A DNA stretch of 64,000 nt from Anolis carolinensis (GCF_035594765.1 NC_085843.1:239793971-239857970); one strand, 5' to 3'. Shown: positions 28,290 to 39,920, counted from the stretch's first letter. Notes: a model not told the origin generated them from the sequence alone. Numbers and translations are program-made.

Positions 28290-28945
28290 ACTATTATCCA
28301 CTCTTCAGGTATCAGCTAGCACGCCAATGCCTTAAATCAAGAAATAGTTTTCTAAGACCTACAGAGATACTTACAGGAACATCCCAGCAAGCGAGAGTCT
28401 AAAGTAGCAGGTTAAAACCTGGAACCTCAATCAGTGGCTGATGTTGGATGAGAGACTCCCTCCTGGTCACACAGAAGACTGGGCGACTTGTAAGGCACTG
28501 AACAGACTGAGCTCTGGCACCACGAGATGCAGAGCCAACCTTAAGAAATGGGGCTACAAAGTGGAGTCTATGACATGTGAGTGTGCAGAAGAGCAAACTA
28601 CAGTTCACCTTTTATAATTGGTTGTTCTGTTTTAACTTGTGTTGTTCGGCTTGTCCCCATGTGAGATGCCCTGAGTCCCTTCGGGGAGATGGAGGCGGGA
28701 TACAAAAATAAAGTTATGGTTGTTGTTATTATTATTATTACTACAATACAGTCTCAGCCTTGCCACATCCACAATGGAGGACCTTCTTACACCAGGGGCA
28801 CTCCAACTGGCCAACTACTTGTCAAAGGACACTTAATATAATGCCAAGTTGTTGTTGTTTTAAAAAAACTTTTAAATTTTTTTCAAATACATTACAACTT
28901 GTACCCTCGGTTCACTTCTGACACGATAAATTAATAAATAAATAA
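28290..28945 (+). mobile_element. Vingi-like LINE 3' end interrupted by an L2-type tail (~28610-28745)
   Basis: RLSSGTTRCRANLKKWG..C.C motif; 3' tail CTTCTGACACGATAAATTAATAAA. Confidence 0.7.
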
Positions 28946-29171
28946 TATTATTAACATGGCCATACAGACTGGAAAGCTCACAGCAACCTAGTGATTCTGG
29001 CCATGAAAGCCTTCAACAACACATAAAACCTATCATGTTTGTAACTTGGGAACTGCCTGTATACGAAACAATAAAATAAGGTGTTTAGACTTGGGTTCCA
29101 CCTCCATAATGTATATGCCAAAAAGGTATTCCGGGAAAAATCCGAAACTGCCAATCAGAAGGTGCATCTAC

Positions 29172-29305
29172 CAGGCATGGGCAAACTTGGGCCCTCCAGG
29201 TGTGTTGGACTTCAACTCCCCCAATTCCTAACAGCCTATCGGCTGTTAGGAATTGGGGGAGTTGAAGTCCAACACACCTGGAGGGCCCATGTTTGCTCAT
29301 GCCTG
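29172..29305. mobile_element. Near-perfect palindromic hAT-type MITE plus duplicated end (to 29341)
   Basis: CAGGCATGGGCAAAC...GTTTGCTCATGCCTG; the two arms are reverse complements. Confidence 0.85.
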
Positions 29306-29608
29306 GTAGACACCTGGAGGGCCCAAGTTTGTCCATGCCTGGTGTAGGTGCACCCAGACTTGACAATGGGAAGTCCTTCACACAGAGGAAGCATGGAAAG
29401 CACAGGAAGCCAAGCCTCGCGGGAGCCTGAATGATGCTGAGAGAATGGCGGTGGGAGGGAAGGCCTCACTGGAGGACGGAGGCTGAAAGGGGCCTGTGGG
29501 AGAGTCAAGAGGGGGGATATGAGCCTCTCAGGAGGCCGGAGTGCGGGTGGGGCTTTCTCCCTCGCTTTCTGTCCCGTCTCTTTCCCGTTCCCCTTCCTTG
29601 GGGCTCAC

Positions 29609-29676
29609 CCGGCGATGGCGTCCCCGAGCAGGCACAGCAGCAGCAGGAGAAGGCCACCGAGGGAGCTGGGAGTCAT
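29609..29676 (-). CDS. DNAJB11: DNAJB11 exon 1 (signal peptide)
   Basis: GCCATG Kozak, MTPSSLGGLLLLLLCLLGDAIAG, GTGAGC donor; the ten exons sum to 1077 nt = 358 aa + stop. Confidence 0.95.
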
Positions 29677-29930
29677 GGCGGGGCCGAAGGGTCCTCAAAC
29701 GGCTTCAGCACGTGCCCCCTCCTCACTCCCTCCTTGACTCGCCGGTCACCATCGGCACGACGGAGAAACCCGGTGAAAGCAGGCAGGCAGGCAAGCAGCC
29801 AATCAGCGGCCGGCACAGCGCAGCCGCGTCACGCTCCACCGGCCAACCACAATTGCACACTTCACCCGCGAGCCGGCTGGGCGCAGCCAATCACTGCTCT
29901 AGACGTCAATAAATGAGGACGCTTGCTGGG
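29677..29930 (-). promoter_or_regulatory. DNAJB11 CpG-island promoter with two CCAAT boxes and CRE/ATF-like sites
   Basis: CpG-rich; AGCCAATCA at ~29797 and ~29885; GACGTCA at 29902-29908. Confidence 0.8.
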
Positions 29931-29960
29931 TGGTTGTGTGTGTGTTGGCTTGCCTTTTTT

Positions 29961-29991
<31 letters not shown>

Positions 29992-30104
29992 TAATTAATA
30001 TCCCGCTTTATCTCTCCATACGGAGACTCAAAGTGGCTCACAACCAAAAATATTACAACTTCAAATATACAAATATACAATATTAAAACAGTATATCATT
30101 AACA

Positions 30105-30672
30105 GTATAGCGTCTAGATCCAGGGAAGCCATGCTACCCCTCTATTCTGCCTTGGTTAGGCCACACCTGGAATACTGTGTCCAATTCTGGGCACCACAGT
30201 TGAAGGGAGATGTTGACAAGCTGGAAAGCGTCCAGAGGAGGGCAACTAAAATGATCAAGGGTCTGGAGAACAAACCCTATGAGGAGCAGCTTAAAGAACT
30301 GGGTATGTTTAGCCTGCAGAAGAGAAGGCTGAGAGGAGACATGATAGCCATGTACAAATATGTGAGGGGAAGTCATAGGGAGGAGGGAGCAAGCCTGTTT
30401 GCTGCTGCCCTGGAGACTAGGACGCGGAACAATGGCTTCAAACTATAGGAAAGGAGATTCCACCTGAACATCAGGAAGAACTTCCTGACTGTGAGAGCTG
30501 TTCGGCAGTGGAACTCTCTGCCCTGGACTGTGGTGGAGGCTCCTTCTTTGGAGGCTTTTAAGCAGAGGCCAGATGGCCATCTGTCAGGGGTGCTTTGAAT
30601 GTGATTTCCTGCTTCTTGGCAGGGGGTTGGACTGGATGGCCCACGAGGTCTCTTTCAACTCTACGATTCTAT
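30105..30672 (+). mobile_element. CR1 LINE 3' end
   Basis: [20 protein letters not shown]...RRLRGDMI motifs; (GATTCTAT)-type tail. Confidence 0.95.
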
Positions 30673-30689
30673 GATTCTAGTATAACAAT

Positions 30690-30897
30690 CAGGGTCAACT
30701 GCAACATGCACACTTGCCTCAAGCAGACGAGTTCTTTCTCCCACCCTGGACCTTTCACAGATATATAAACCCCGCTTGCCTAGTTTCCAACAGACCTCAC
30801 AACCTCTGAGCATGCCTGCTGCAGATGCAGGTGAAACGTCAGGAAAGAATGCTTCTGAAACATGGCCATTCAGCCCGGAAAACCCACAGCAACCCAG
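30690..30897 (+). mobile_element. Penelope pseudo-LTR fragment
   Basis: Matches the other pLTR copies; contains a degenerate hammerhead core. Confidence 0.8.
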
Positions 30898-31338
30898 ATA
30901 AAACCGATTAAACAAAGGGCATGCATTAAAATTCATGTTTATGTTTAAAGACTGTTTGCGTAAGCCTGCCTGAAGAGACAGGCCTTCACTTGTGTCTTAA
31001 ATTCCAACAGCTGATATATACACATACAGTAGAGTCTCACTATCCAACATAAATGGGCCAGTAGAACGTTGCATAAGCAAAAATGTTGAATAATATGGGG
31101 GGATTAAGGAAAAGCGAAGTAAACGTTATGATTTTACAAATTTAAGGACCAAAATGTCATGTTTTACTGAGGGGGACGTGGGTTTAGAAAGAGAATTTTC
31201 AAAGATACTTCCAATGTCTATAAGTCCCATATATTTTGATTGACCTAAGTTGCAAAAGGCCTATGTTTGAGAAAGGCTTGCGCTTGAGAGAAAATGCTGG
31301 TGTTTGGAAAAAGAGTTGTTCCAGAGAAAAAGAAGTTA

Positions 31339-31644
31339 CAGTAGAGTCTCACTTATCCAAGCTTCTGGATTATCCAAGCCATTTTTGTAGTCAATGTTTT
31401 CAATATATCATGATATTTTGGTGCTAAATTTGTAAATACAGTAATTACCACATAACATTACTGCGTATTGAACTACCTTTTCTGTCAAATTTGTTATATA
31501 GGATGATGTTTTGGTGCTTGATTTGTAAAATCATAACCTAATTTGATGTTTAATAGGCTTTTCCTTAATCCTTCCTTATTATCCAAGATATTTGCTTATC
31601 CAAGCTTCTGCCGGCCCGTTTAGCTTGGATAAGTGACTCTACTG
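31339..31644. mobile_element. Tc1/mariner-type MITE (partial copy also at 31027-31168)
   Basis: TIR CAGTAGAGTCTCACTTATCCAA with TA TSD. Confidence 0.9.
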
Positions 31645-32346
31645 TACTTTCAATAATAACAATACATCAAGTCAGAACCGGTTACCCACTACTTCCTAGA
31701 TTCCCATACGGTTTCGAACCTATACTTGCAACAAGAGGAAGATAAGGAGGTACTGAGATCAGGATCAATAGCATGAAAGCACCATTGTCTAAAGAGTCAC
31801 ATGTTGTTACAGCATAGAAAACCAATGGAATTGCACAATGGTTATATAGCCAACATTAGACGAATGGGGTAAATGATCTTTGTAAGCCAATAAGGATATG
31901 CTTACTATTTTCTGTAGAAGTGATAAAACCCTTGCAACCATTTTGAAAGTACGACAAATCCTTTTATTGATTGCATTGATGTATGCATGTTTTTGCCATT
32001 ATTGCTAAGCTCGCAATAAATAGTTCTTTTGCAGTTTGAAGATCCAACTTTCGTGGTGTCCTTCCTCACCTTCTCCACAGAAAAGGGGCCTCCTGCTTTT
32101 GACTTTGGATTAAGAGGAGTATTTTTACATCTTTTACATCTTTGCCCCTTCATATCAACAAACTGACAGAAAAAGCAGGTCAATACACGGTAACGTTATG
32201 TAGTAATTGCTGTATTTACGACTTTAACACCAAAACATTGCAATCTATTGAAAACACTGACTACAAAAACATTGACTACTAAAAGGCAGACTGCGTTGGA
32301 TAATACAGAACGTTGGATAAGCGAAGATTGGATAAACAAGACACTA

Positions 32347-33162
32347 TTAGCTGTGCCCGGCCACGCGTTGCTGTGGCAAAGTATGGTGGTATGGGAAATA
32401 AAGTACAGTAGAGTTTCACTTATCCAACATAAATGGGCCGGCAGAATGTTGGATAAGTGAATATGTTGGATAATAAGGAGGCATTAAGGAAAAGCCTATT
32501 AAACATCAAATTAGGTTATGATTTTACAAATTAAACACCAAAACATCATGTTATACAACAAATTTGACAGAAAAAGTAGTTCAATGAGCACTAATGTTAT
32601 GTAGTAATTAATGTATTTACGAATTTAGCACCAAAATATCATGATGTATTGAAAACATTGACTACAAAAATGCATTGGATAATCCAGAATGTTGGATAAG
32701 TGAGTGTTGGATAAGTGAGACTCTACTGTATTGAGGAATTGGTGGTAGTTAAGGTAAAGGGTAAAGGTTTTCCCCTGACATTAAGTCCTTTATAAATGGG
32801 TTATATAGCTGTGTGCAAGGGCCTTGAGTCGACACTGCCATATAATCCACTTAAAATCAGATAATCTGTATTTTATAGGCAGTGGGGAAGAGGCCTAAGT
32901 GAGCCCTAACTCGGCCTGTCCCCTGGGCTGAATGGGTTGCTAGGAGACCAAGTGGGCGGAGCTTAGCCTTCTAACTGGCAGCAATTGGATAAAAACAATT
33001 CTTCCTCTCCCTCTAATTAGGACTTTATTTTTCTTTCCTTTTTGTTGTATGAACGTAGAGGCATGGATGAGGGGTTGTGCTGGCAAGTTTAGTGTTTCTG
33101 GGATGTGTAGTTTTGTTGTTTTGTCCTAGGCTGAAATTTCATTACCCTTTTATATATATAGA
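32347..33162 (-). mobile_element. Non-autonomous Helitron
   Basis: Minus strand starts A|TCTATATATATAAAA and ends GCCACAGCAACGCGTGGC (hairpin)...CTAA|T; no TSD. Confidence 0.8.
32406..32728. mobile_element. Tc1/mariner-type MITE nested in the Helitron
   Basis: TIRs CAGTAGAGT...ACTCTACTG with TA flanks. Confidence 0.9.
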
Positions 33163-33479
33163 TATACATACATATACACATGCATGTGTGTGTGTATACA
33201 TACATATACATACATACACATAAAGTCAAGAATAACATATTGCGTATTCTGGTTCTGCCTCTGAACCTATGGCTAAAGAAAAACAAGAAAAACAGACGCG
33301 ATTAAATCTTGAGAATTATATTTAATCCGAAATCATTATATGCCGCATCTACACAGTGGAATTAATGCGGACTGACATCTCTTTAAACAGCCCTGGCTCA
33401 ATGTATGGAATCTTGGGAGTCCCAAGTTTCCAAAGCCCTGGCAGATAAATGTGTCAAACTGCATTGGAGAAACAACGGA

Positions 33480-33830
33480 GGGGGTCCTCCCTTCCGCAGA
33501 GGGCGCTGTGGCATGCTCTCATCCTCCCCGCTGCCATTGCCATTGCCTCAGCCAAGGGCGGAAATGACGTGTATAGTCTCACTGGCTGGTGTGGCGGGGA
33601 AAACAAAATTCGGCCGTTCTAGCCCGAAGCATCTCTTTGGAAGGCGTCTGGGCGGGTGAGGGTGTTTGCTGTACGGCCGCGGTAGCCAGCCATCCAGCCC
33701 GCCGTTGTGCGCAGGCGCAGTGGATGAGGGAGCGGGCGGGAAGCGACTCTGGGCTGAAGGGAGACTGTTTGGCAACCTCCCATCCTCCTCCTCTTCCTTC
33801 CAGTGCGACAAACACCTCAGCAGGCTGGTG
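33480..33830 (+). promoter_or_regulatory. TBCCD1: TBCCD1 CpG-island promoter and putative non-coding exon 1 (donor at 33656)
   Basis: ETS-CRE-like CGGAAATGACGTG (33559-33571), CTCF-like TCCGCAGAGGGCGC (33493-33506), NRF1-like TGCGCAGGCGCA (33708-33719), CGG|GTGAGG donor. Confidence 0.7.
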
Positions 33831-33900
33831 CCTTTTTTTCTGTGGCTTTCCTTTCTCTCCTTCCATCCTTAGAACTTTTTGGGGAGTGCATGGCTTCCTT

Positions 33901-34105
33901 GGGTGCCTCTACACTGCGGAATTAATGCAGTTTGAGACCACTTTAGCTGCCATGGCTCAATGGAATGGATTTATGGGGCTGTAGTTTCACAAGCCTTTTC
34001 TACCAGACAGAGCTGGTGCCTCATCAAACTAATACCCCCGTAGCATTGAGCCATGGCAGTTAAAGTGGTGTCAAACTGCGTTGATTCCACAGTGCAGATG
34101 CATCC
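33901..34105. mobile_element. Palindromic MITE (GGGTGCATCTACACT-type TIR family; related copies ~46305-46520 and 47300-47537)
   Basis: Arms TGCAGTTTGAGACCACTTTA...TAAAGTGGTGTCAAACTGC are inverted. Confidence 0.75.
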
Positions 34106-34253
34106 TGAGATAAACCTATGTGGGTTTTCTTGGCAAGGCTTCTGCAACTCCAAAATTCGTTGTAGTAATCCTAGAAGGGTTTTTTTGATACTTGGACTAA
34201 TTTTTTTCTATAATGCTTTTGCTAATCACAGAGTTCGTTAAATAAATGAACTA

Positions 34254-34575
34254 CAGTAAAGTCTCACTTATCGAACGTTCTGTATTATCCAATGCAGTCT
34301 TCCTTTTAGTAGTCAATGTTTTTGTAGTCAGTGTTTTCAATAGATTGCAACGTTTTGGTGCTAAAGTCGTAAATACAGCAATTACTACACAACGTTACCG
34401 TGTATTGCACTGCTTTTTCTGTCAATTTGTTGTAAAACATGACATTTTGGCTCTTAATTTGTAAAATCATAATGTAATTTAATGTTTAATAGGCTTTTAC
34501 TTAATCCCTCCTTATTATCCAACATTTTCACTTATCCAATGTTCTGATGTTTATGTTGGATAAGTGAGACTACTG
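34254..34575. mobile_element. Tc1/mariner-type MITE
   Basis: Same TIR family, TA flanks. Confidence 0.85.
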
Positions 34576-34767
34576 TACTAGGCAGTCCCCAAGTTACAAA
34601 CAAGATTGATTTATAAATTGAATTTGTATGCAAGTCAGAAGAGGGACTAGACACACACACACACACATATAGCTTTGGTGTTAATTTTGCTGTCTGTCCC
34701 TGTTCAGAAGATGGGAGAAAGTAGATTAATGATATGAAGTTTTCACACAAATGGATGAAAATGTTCT

Positions 34768-36060
34768 ATGTGTTGTCGAAGGCTTTCATGGCCAGAATCA
34801 CTGTGAGTTTTCCAGGCTGTATGGCCAGGTTCCAGAAGTATTCCCTCCTGACGTTTCACCCACATCTGTGGCAGGCATCCTCAAAGGTTGTGAAGTGTGT
34901 TGGAAACTAGGTAAGTGAGGTTTATATATCTGTGAAATGTTCAGGGTGGGAGAAAGAACTCTTGTCTGCTTGAGGCAGGTGTTAATCTTGCAGTTGGTCA
35001 TCTTGATTAGCATGAATGTCATTGCAGCATCAAAGCCTGGCTGGCTGCTGCCTAGGGGAATCATTTGTTGGGAGGTATTGGCTGGCCCTGTCTGGTTCTT
35101 GTCTGGAATCTCCCTGCTTTTTGACTGTTGCTCTTTATTTACTGTCCTGATTTTAGAGTTTTTTTTAAAACACTGGTAGCTGAGTTTTGTTCATTTTCAT
35201 GGTTTCCTCCTTTCTTTTGAAATTGTCCACATGTTTGCGAATTTCAATGGCTTCTCTGTGGTTCAGCATTTCTTTGTTCTCAAATAATATGCTGTGTCCA
35301 GGTTGGTTCATCAGGTGCTCTGCTATGGCTGACTTCTCAGGTTGAATTAGTTTTCAGTACCTTTCACGTGGAGCCCCAAGTGTAACAATAGGTTAAACCA
35401 CTGAGCTGCTGAACTTGCTGATCAAAAGGTCAGTGGATCAAATCTGGGGAGCAGGGTGAGCTCCCACTGTTAGCCCCAGCTTCTGCCAACCTAGCAGTTT
35501 GAAAACATGCAAATGTGAGTAGATCCATAGGTACTGCTTCAGTGCGCTCCATGCAGTCATGCCAGCCACATGACCTTGGACATGTCTACAGACAACGCCG
35601 GCTCTTTGGCTTAGAAATGAAGATGAGCACCAGCCTCCAGAGTTGGATCCAACTAGACTTAATGTCAGGGGAAAACCTTTACTTTACCTTTCACGTTCCT
35701 TGATTTGAGTTTGGGTGCTGCGTTTGGTGGTCCCTATGTAAACTTGTCCACAGCTGCATGGTAGATGGTAGAGTCCTGCATAGATGAGAGGATCCCTTTT
35801 GGATACTCCCAGGCAGCAACCAGCCAGGCTTTGAAGCTGCAAGGCCATTAAATGGTAATCAAGGTGGCAAACTGCAACTTTCACACCTGCCTCAGGCACG
35901 CTTCTTTTTCCCAACCTGGACATTCCACGAACTTCACTAACCTAGTTTCCAACAGACCTCTCAACCTCAGAGGATGCCTGCCACAGATGTGAGCGAAATG
36001 TCAGGAGATAATGCTTCTGGTACATGGCTATACAGCCCTGAAAACTCACAGCAACCCACT
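34768..36060 (-). mobile_element. Penelope-like element with GIY-YIG remnant and inverted pLTR, interrupted by a Sauria SINE
   Basis: Minus ORF 35684-35923 has GLYHLPCSCGQVYIGTTKRS (GIY-YIG); pLTR copies at both ends in opposite orientation. Confidence 0.88.
35370..35690 (+). mobile_element. Sauria SINE
   Basis: GGAGCCCC...TAAACCACTGAGCTGCTGAACTTGCTGA head; GGGGAAAACCTTTACTTTACCTT tail. Confidence 0.9.
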
Positions 36061-36160
36061 GAAAATGTTTTGTTTGGGTAGTTTTTGCTTGGTGGTTTTC
36101 AACATAGTTTTCTTTTCCCCCCCTAAAAATACAGGTGTGGGGATCCTGTGGTGGACTAAA

Positions 36161-36496
36161 ATGGAGCAACCCACAGTCAGTCTGTGGGTGAAAATGGAAC
36201 CTTTCATAGTGGGAGCCTTGCAAATTCCACCTCCATCCAAGTTGAGCATGCATTTTCTCCGAAAGATGTCAACCTATGTCCGGATGCGTTCTAGTGAAGG
36301 CTATTATCCATACCTCTTCTGGCCTATGTGGAGACACATTGCTTGTGGAAAACTTCAGTTGGAGAAAGATCTGGCATGGCTGTATTTTGAATTGTTTGAC
36401 AGTCTTGTAGAACGGACCTCAGAGCAACGACTGGGATGGGCAGAAGTGATATCCAACTGTGCAACTGAAGAGGAGGCAGAGAAGCAAAGGAATAAG
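36161..36496 (+). CDS. TBCCD1: TBCCD1 first coding exon (exon begins 36135)
   Basis: MEQPTVSLWVKMEPFIVGALQIPPPSK...WRHIACGKLQL...EKQRNK; ends at an apparent GC donor. Confidence 0.92.
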
Positions 36497-36841
36497 GCAT
36501 GAAGTAGTCATATTGTAACTTTTAAAACTGCAAAAACTGAGTGTGGCCTCTTTTGCAATGTTATTGGTTTGCTAACTGTCCACTGTACTGAAGTCATTGA
36601 TTTCTCTCAAATGTATAGGGTTTTATCTAGATATGTGAGCCACAGTCAAAAAATACGAGGTTAGGTGCTCACTGTAACGATCTCAAGGTTTAAAAAAATT
36701 AATACAGCATAGTCTTTTATCTCCCTTACTTCACTGCATTGAATATTTGCTGAGTAGAAAATACCTACCTCAGGGAGATAATGTGGCTCTTAACTTCAAC
36801 ACCTTATTCCAAAATTAAATTATGATCATTTTGTCTCTTAG

Positions 36842-36991
36842 TTATCTGTGGATACTCTTCAATTCCTGCTGTTCCTATATATTCAGCAACTTAACAAGGT
36901 TTCCCTGAAGACATCATTACTTGGAGATGAGTGGCCAAGTCCTAGATCTCGGTCTTTCAGTCTAACTGAAGAATCCACCAATCAGATTAAG
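36842..36991 (+). CDS. TBCCD1: TBCCD1 coding exon 2
   Basis: LSVDTLQFLLFLYIQQLNKVSLKTSLLGDEWPSPR; AG/GT. Confidence 0.95.
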
Positions 36992-39553
36992 GTTTGAACT
37001 TTGTTTTATCTAAAATTGTAAGCACTATAGAAGTTGTCATCAGACATTTGTTTGAAGATGAGAGCTTGGAATAAGTAGTAATTCTTAAAATTTATTGTAC
37101 TTATTTATTTATTGGAATAAGTAGAAAGTAATACATAAAAATGTATTGTACTTTTGCTTCATCCAGCATTAGTAAAATGAACAGTTCGTATTGTAAATGA
37201 GTTGCCCTGTGATACCCATTGTTGGTGTTGTCATTCAATGGAATATTTGCTATCTTCTAAAATTCCTTGTGGTAATTTTAACAGAAGTGGTATTAAGATT
37301 CTTCTAACCTTCTTTACATTCTTTTTTTAAAAGTATATGCATATTTGTCAAAATATACACATTTGAAGTATAAAGATCATCTGATTAAGGCACTGCACTG
37401 ATTTGCATCTATACTGCCATTCAGCATATGCTGCTTTTTAAACCTGGTTTTAATTTTGTGTATGGGTGCACAGAAGAGCCAGCATGGTGTAGTGGTTTGG
37501 ATATTGGATTAGGATTCTGGGAGACCAGAATTCAAATCCCCACTTGGCTCTGGAAACCCACTGGGTGACCTTATGCAAGTCATATGCTTTCAGCCTTAGA
37601 AAACAGTCAAAGTTGACCCCACCCCCCTGAAAAAATCTTAGCAAGAAAGCCCTGTAATAGGTTTACCTTAGAGCCACCATAAGCCGGGAATGACTTGAAC
37701 AAAAACAGCAATAAGTGCACATCCAGGAGACTATCATGTGTAGGTATCTCTCTGTTGCTGATTCTGCAATCTCCACTGCCTTTTTCTGTAACTCAGCTGA
37801 TTTACTGGTCTACAGGGAAGTAGAATGCTGCCAAAGAGTCCTGATTGCGGTTGCTGAGATTAAAGGAAGGGATTTTTCCAGTCAGTGACAGTGATTTGAA
37901 AAGAAGTCATCACTAAATGGGCTACATTCAATATCTTCTTTAAGGCATAGGAGGGGGCTGTGGAGTCTCCCAGATATTGGGCTGTAACCTACCAGCCCTT
38001 GCCAGTATTGTGAATGGTGAGGAGTGCTATGCAATCTAGCTGCATCTGGAGGCCCATAAAATTTCTACATTTGCTTTAGCATATTAAAACTTTGAATTAA
38101 AAGACCTGAGCCTGAAAAACATTGCACCAGACTTATTTTGAGGTAGATATGCATAAAATTCAGCTGCACTTTGTGTGCTTGATGGAAAACATAGACATTT
38201 GTAAGAATTATATTTATTTGCCCAAGCATGTTCACATGCATATACAGTCTTCCTCAATGTAAGGCAATGCCAGAAAGATCACCTCTTAGATAGGTACCGT
38301 AATTGTGGTTTTGCAGATTTGTTGGATTACATGACTCATCTACTTTACCCTGCATTGTTAATGGCAAGAAATGCTGTGGGTTGAAGTGTAACGCCGCCCT
38401 GAGTCCCTTCGGGTGAGAAGGGCGGGATATAAATGTTGGAAATAAATAAATAAATAAACATCTGAAGAGCCACCTTTGTCTTATTGTTGTTTTTGTGTGT
38501 CTTCAAATAATTTCTGACATATGATGACTGTATAAAGGGGGTTCCTTTGCAAGATTGTTTCATAGGGGGCCTTCCTTTGCCTTTCTTTGAGGTTGAGAGA
38601 GTATGACTTGCTTGAGGTTGCCCAGTGGGTTTCTGTGGATGAGTGGGGAGTCAAACTCTGGCTTCCAGAGTCATAAACCAATACTCAAATAGCTACACCA
38701 CATTGACTCTGTATTTTTTGTGTGCCACAAGCGACTTGAGAAACTGAACGAGTCCAGAGTCCAGAAGCGATTCTGTACTGTAAACTGATACATAGTTAAT
38801 AACACGCTATATCACATTTATTGTCATTTTATTTGTATAACATATTTATATGTACCAAGCTTAATGTGATTCAGAATTTTAAGAATGCAATTTTTCTGAA
38901 ACTAGTTTTTTTGAAAGTTTGTGAGGAAACCTCTGTCTATCATTGTGATTTTGCCATAATAATGTAGGCAAGGGTTGTGCAAGCTTTTGGGAGTCTAGAG
39001 CAGGCCAGCACAACTTGTGGCTCTCTGCGTGTTTTAGACTTCAGTTCCCAAAGTTCCTGACAAGCTGACTAGGGCTTCGGGGAATTGAAGACTCAAACAC
39101 GTGGAGGGGAAGCAGGTTGAAGAGGTCTGGTATAAAGGCTATTTTCAATCCAGAATGGGCTGAGGGGCACATCAGCTCTCTAGAACAAACTTGGAAGGGG
39201 TAGGAAGTTCATTTCCAGTTTTGAAAAAAAGTTTGCTTTTACTTAGAAATGAGAGTGATTTCTCCCTTTTTAGTTGATGTTCTTTTCAGAGGAGTAGGTT
39301 TAGGATCTATACAGAGGCCTTTGTGGGCTCTGTGATTCCTAACTCTTGTTGAGAAACCAATTGGCTGCTCTCTGATTTTTTTTATACGGATGCCTGTTTG
39401 TTGAGGGTCTCAAAGCAATAAAAACTGAATGAGAGGAGAATTTATTTTCACCTAAAGCTGTTGGTGGATAGGTTTAAAAGACTAGTATTTTGGTTTTGTG
39501 AAAATCCTTCCCATGTATAATGATTTTTCTACATTGTGTTCTTTTGGTGTAAG

Positions 39554-39920
39554 AATTGGAATGACAGCTACCATGAAGAGTTTGTTCAAAACCATCTCCA
39601 GGATCTTTTGGAATTGTTGCTGGACCCAGATCAACTCACTGCCTCCCTTCACTCTACCCATGATAGTATGGTGTCTTCTGAAGCTGTCCGAGCACTTGGC
39701 TTTCTTATTAAAGGGTGTGTGAACAAAAGCAGGACTGTTCACAGTTTGCACAAGCTTGCACTCTGGCAGCCATTACATTCCAAGACTGGCTACTCAAAGA
39801 CCTCCAAAACCTTCTCTTTCCCCAAACTAGAGTCATGGTTGAGGGCTTGTCTTACCAGCAACCCATTTGGCACATCAGCCTGCCTCAAGTCTGGAAAGAA
39901 ACTTTCATGGGCACAACAAG
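39554..39920 (+). CDS. TBCCD1: TBCCD1 coding exon 3
   Basis: NWNDSYHEEFV...DLLELLLDP...NPFGTSACLKSGKKLSWAQQ; AAG acceptor, GT donor. Confidence 0.94.

Noticed and set aside
29431-29916. 161-aa and 123-aa + strand ORFs
   Set aside because: Stop-poor GC-rich antisense of DNAJB11 exon 1 and promoter; no recognisable homology
33405-33984. Several overlapping ORFs up to 131 aa
   Set aside because: By-product of the CpG island and a MITE
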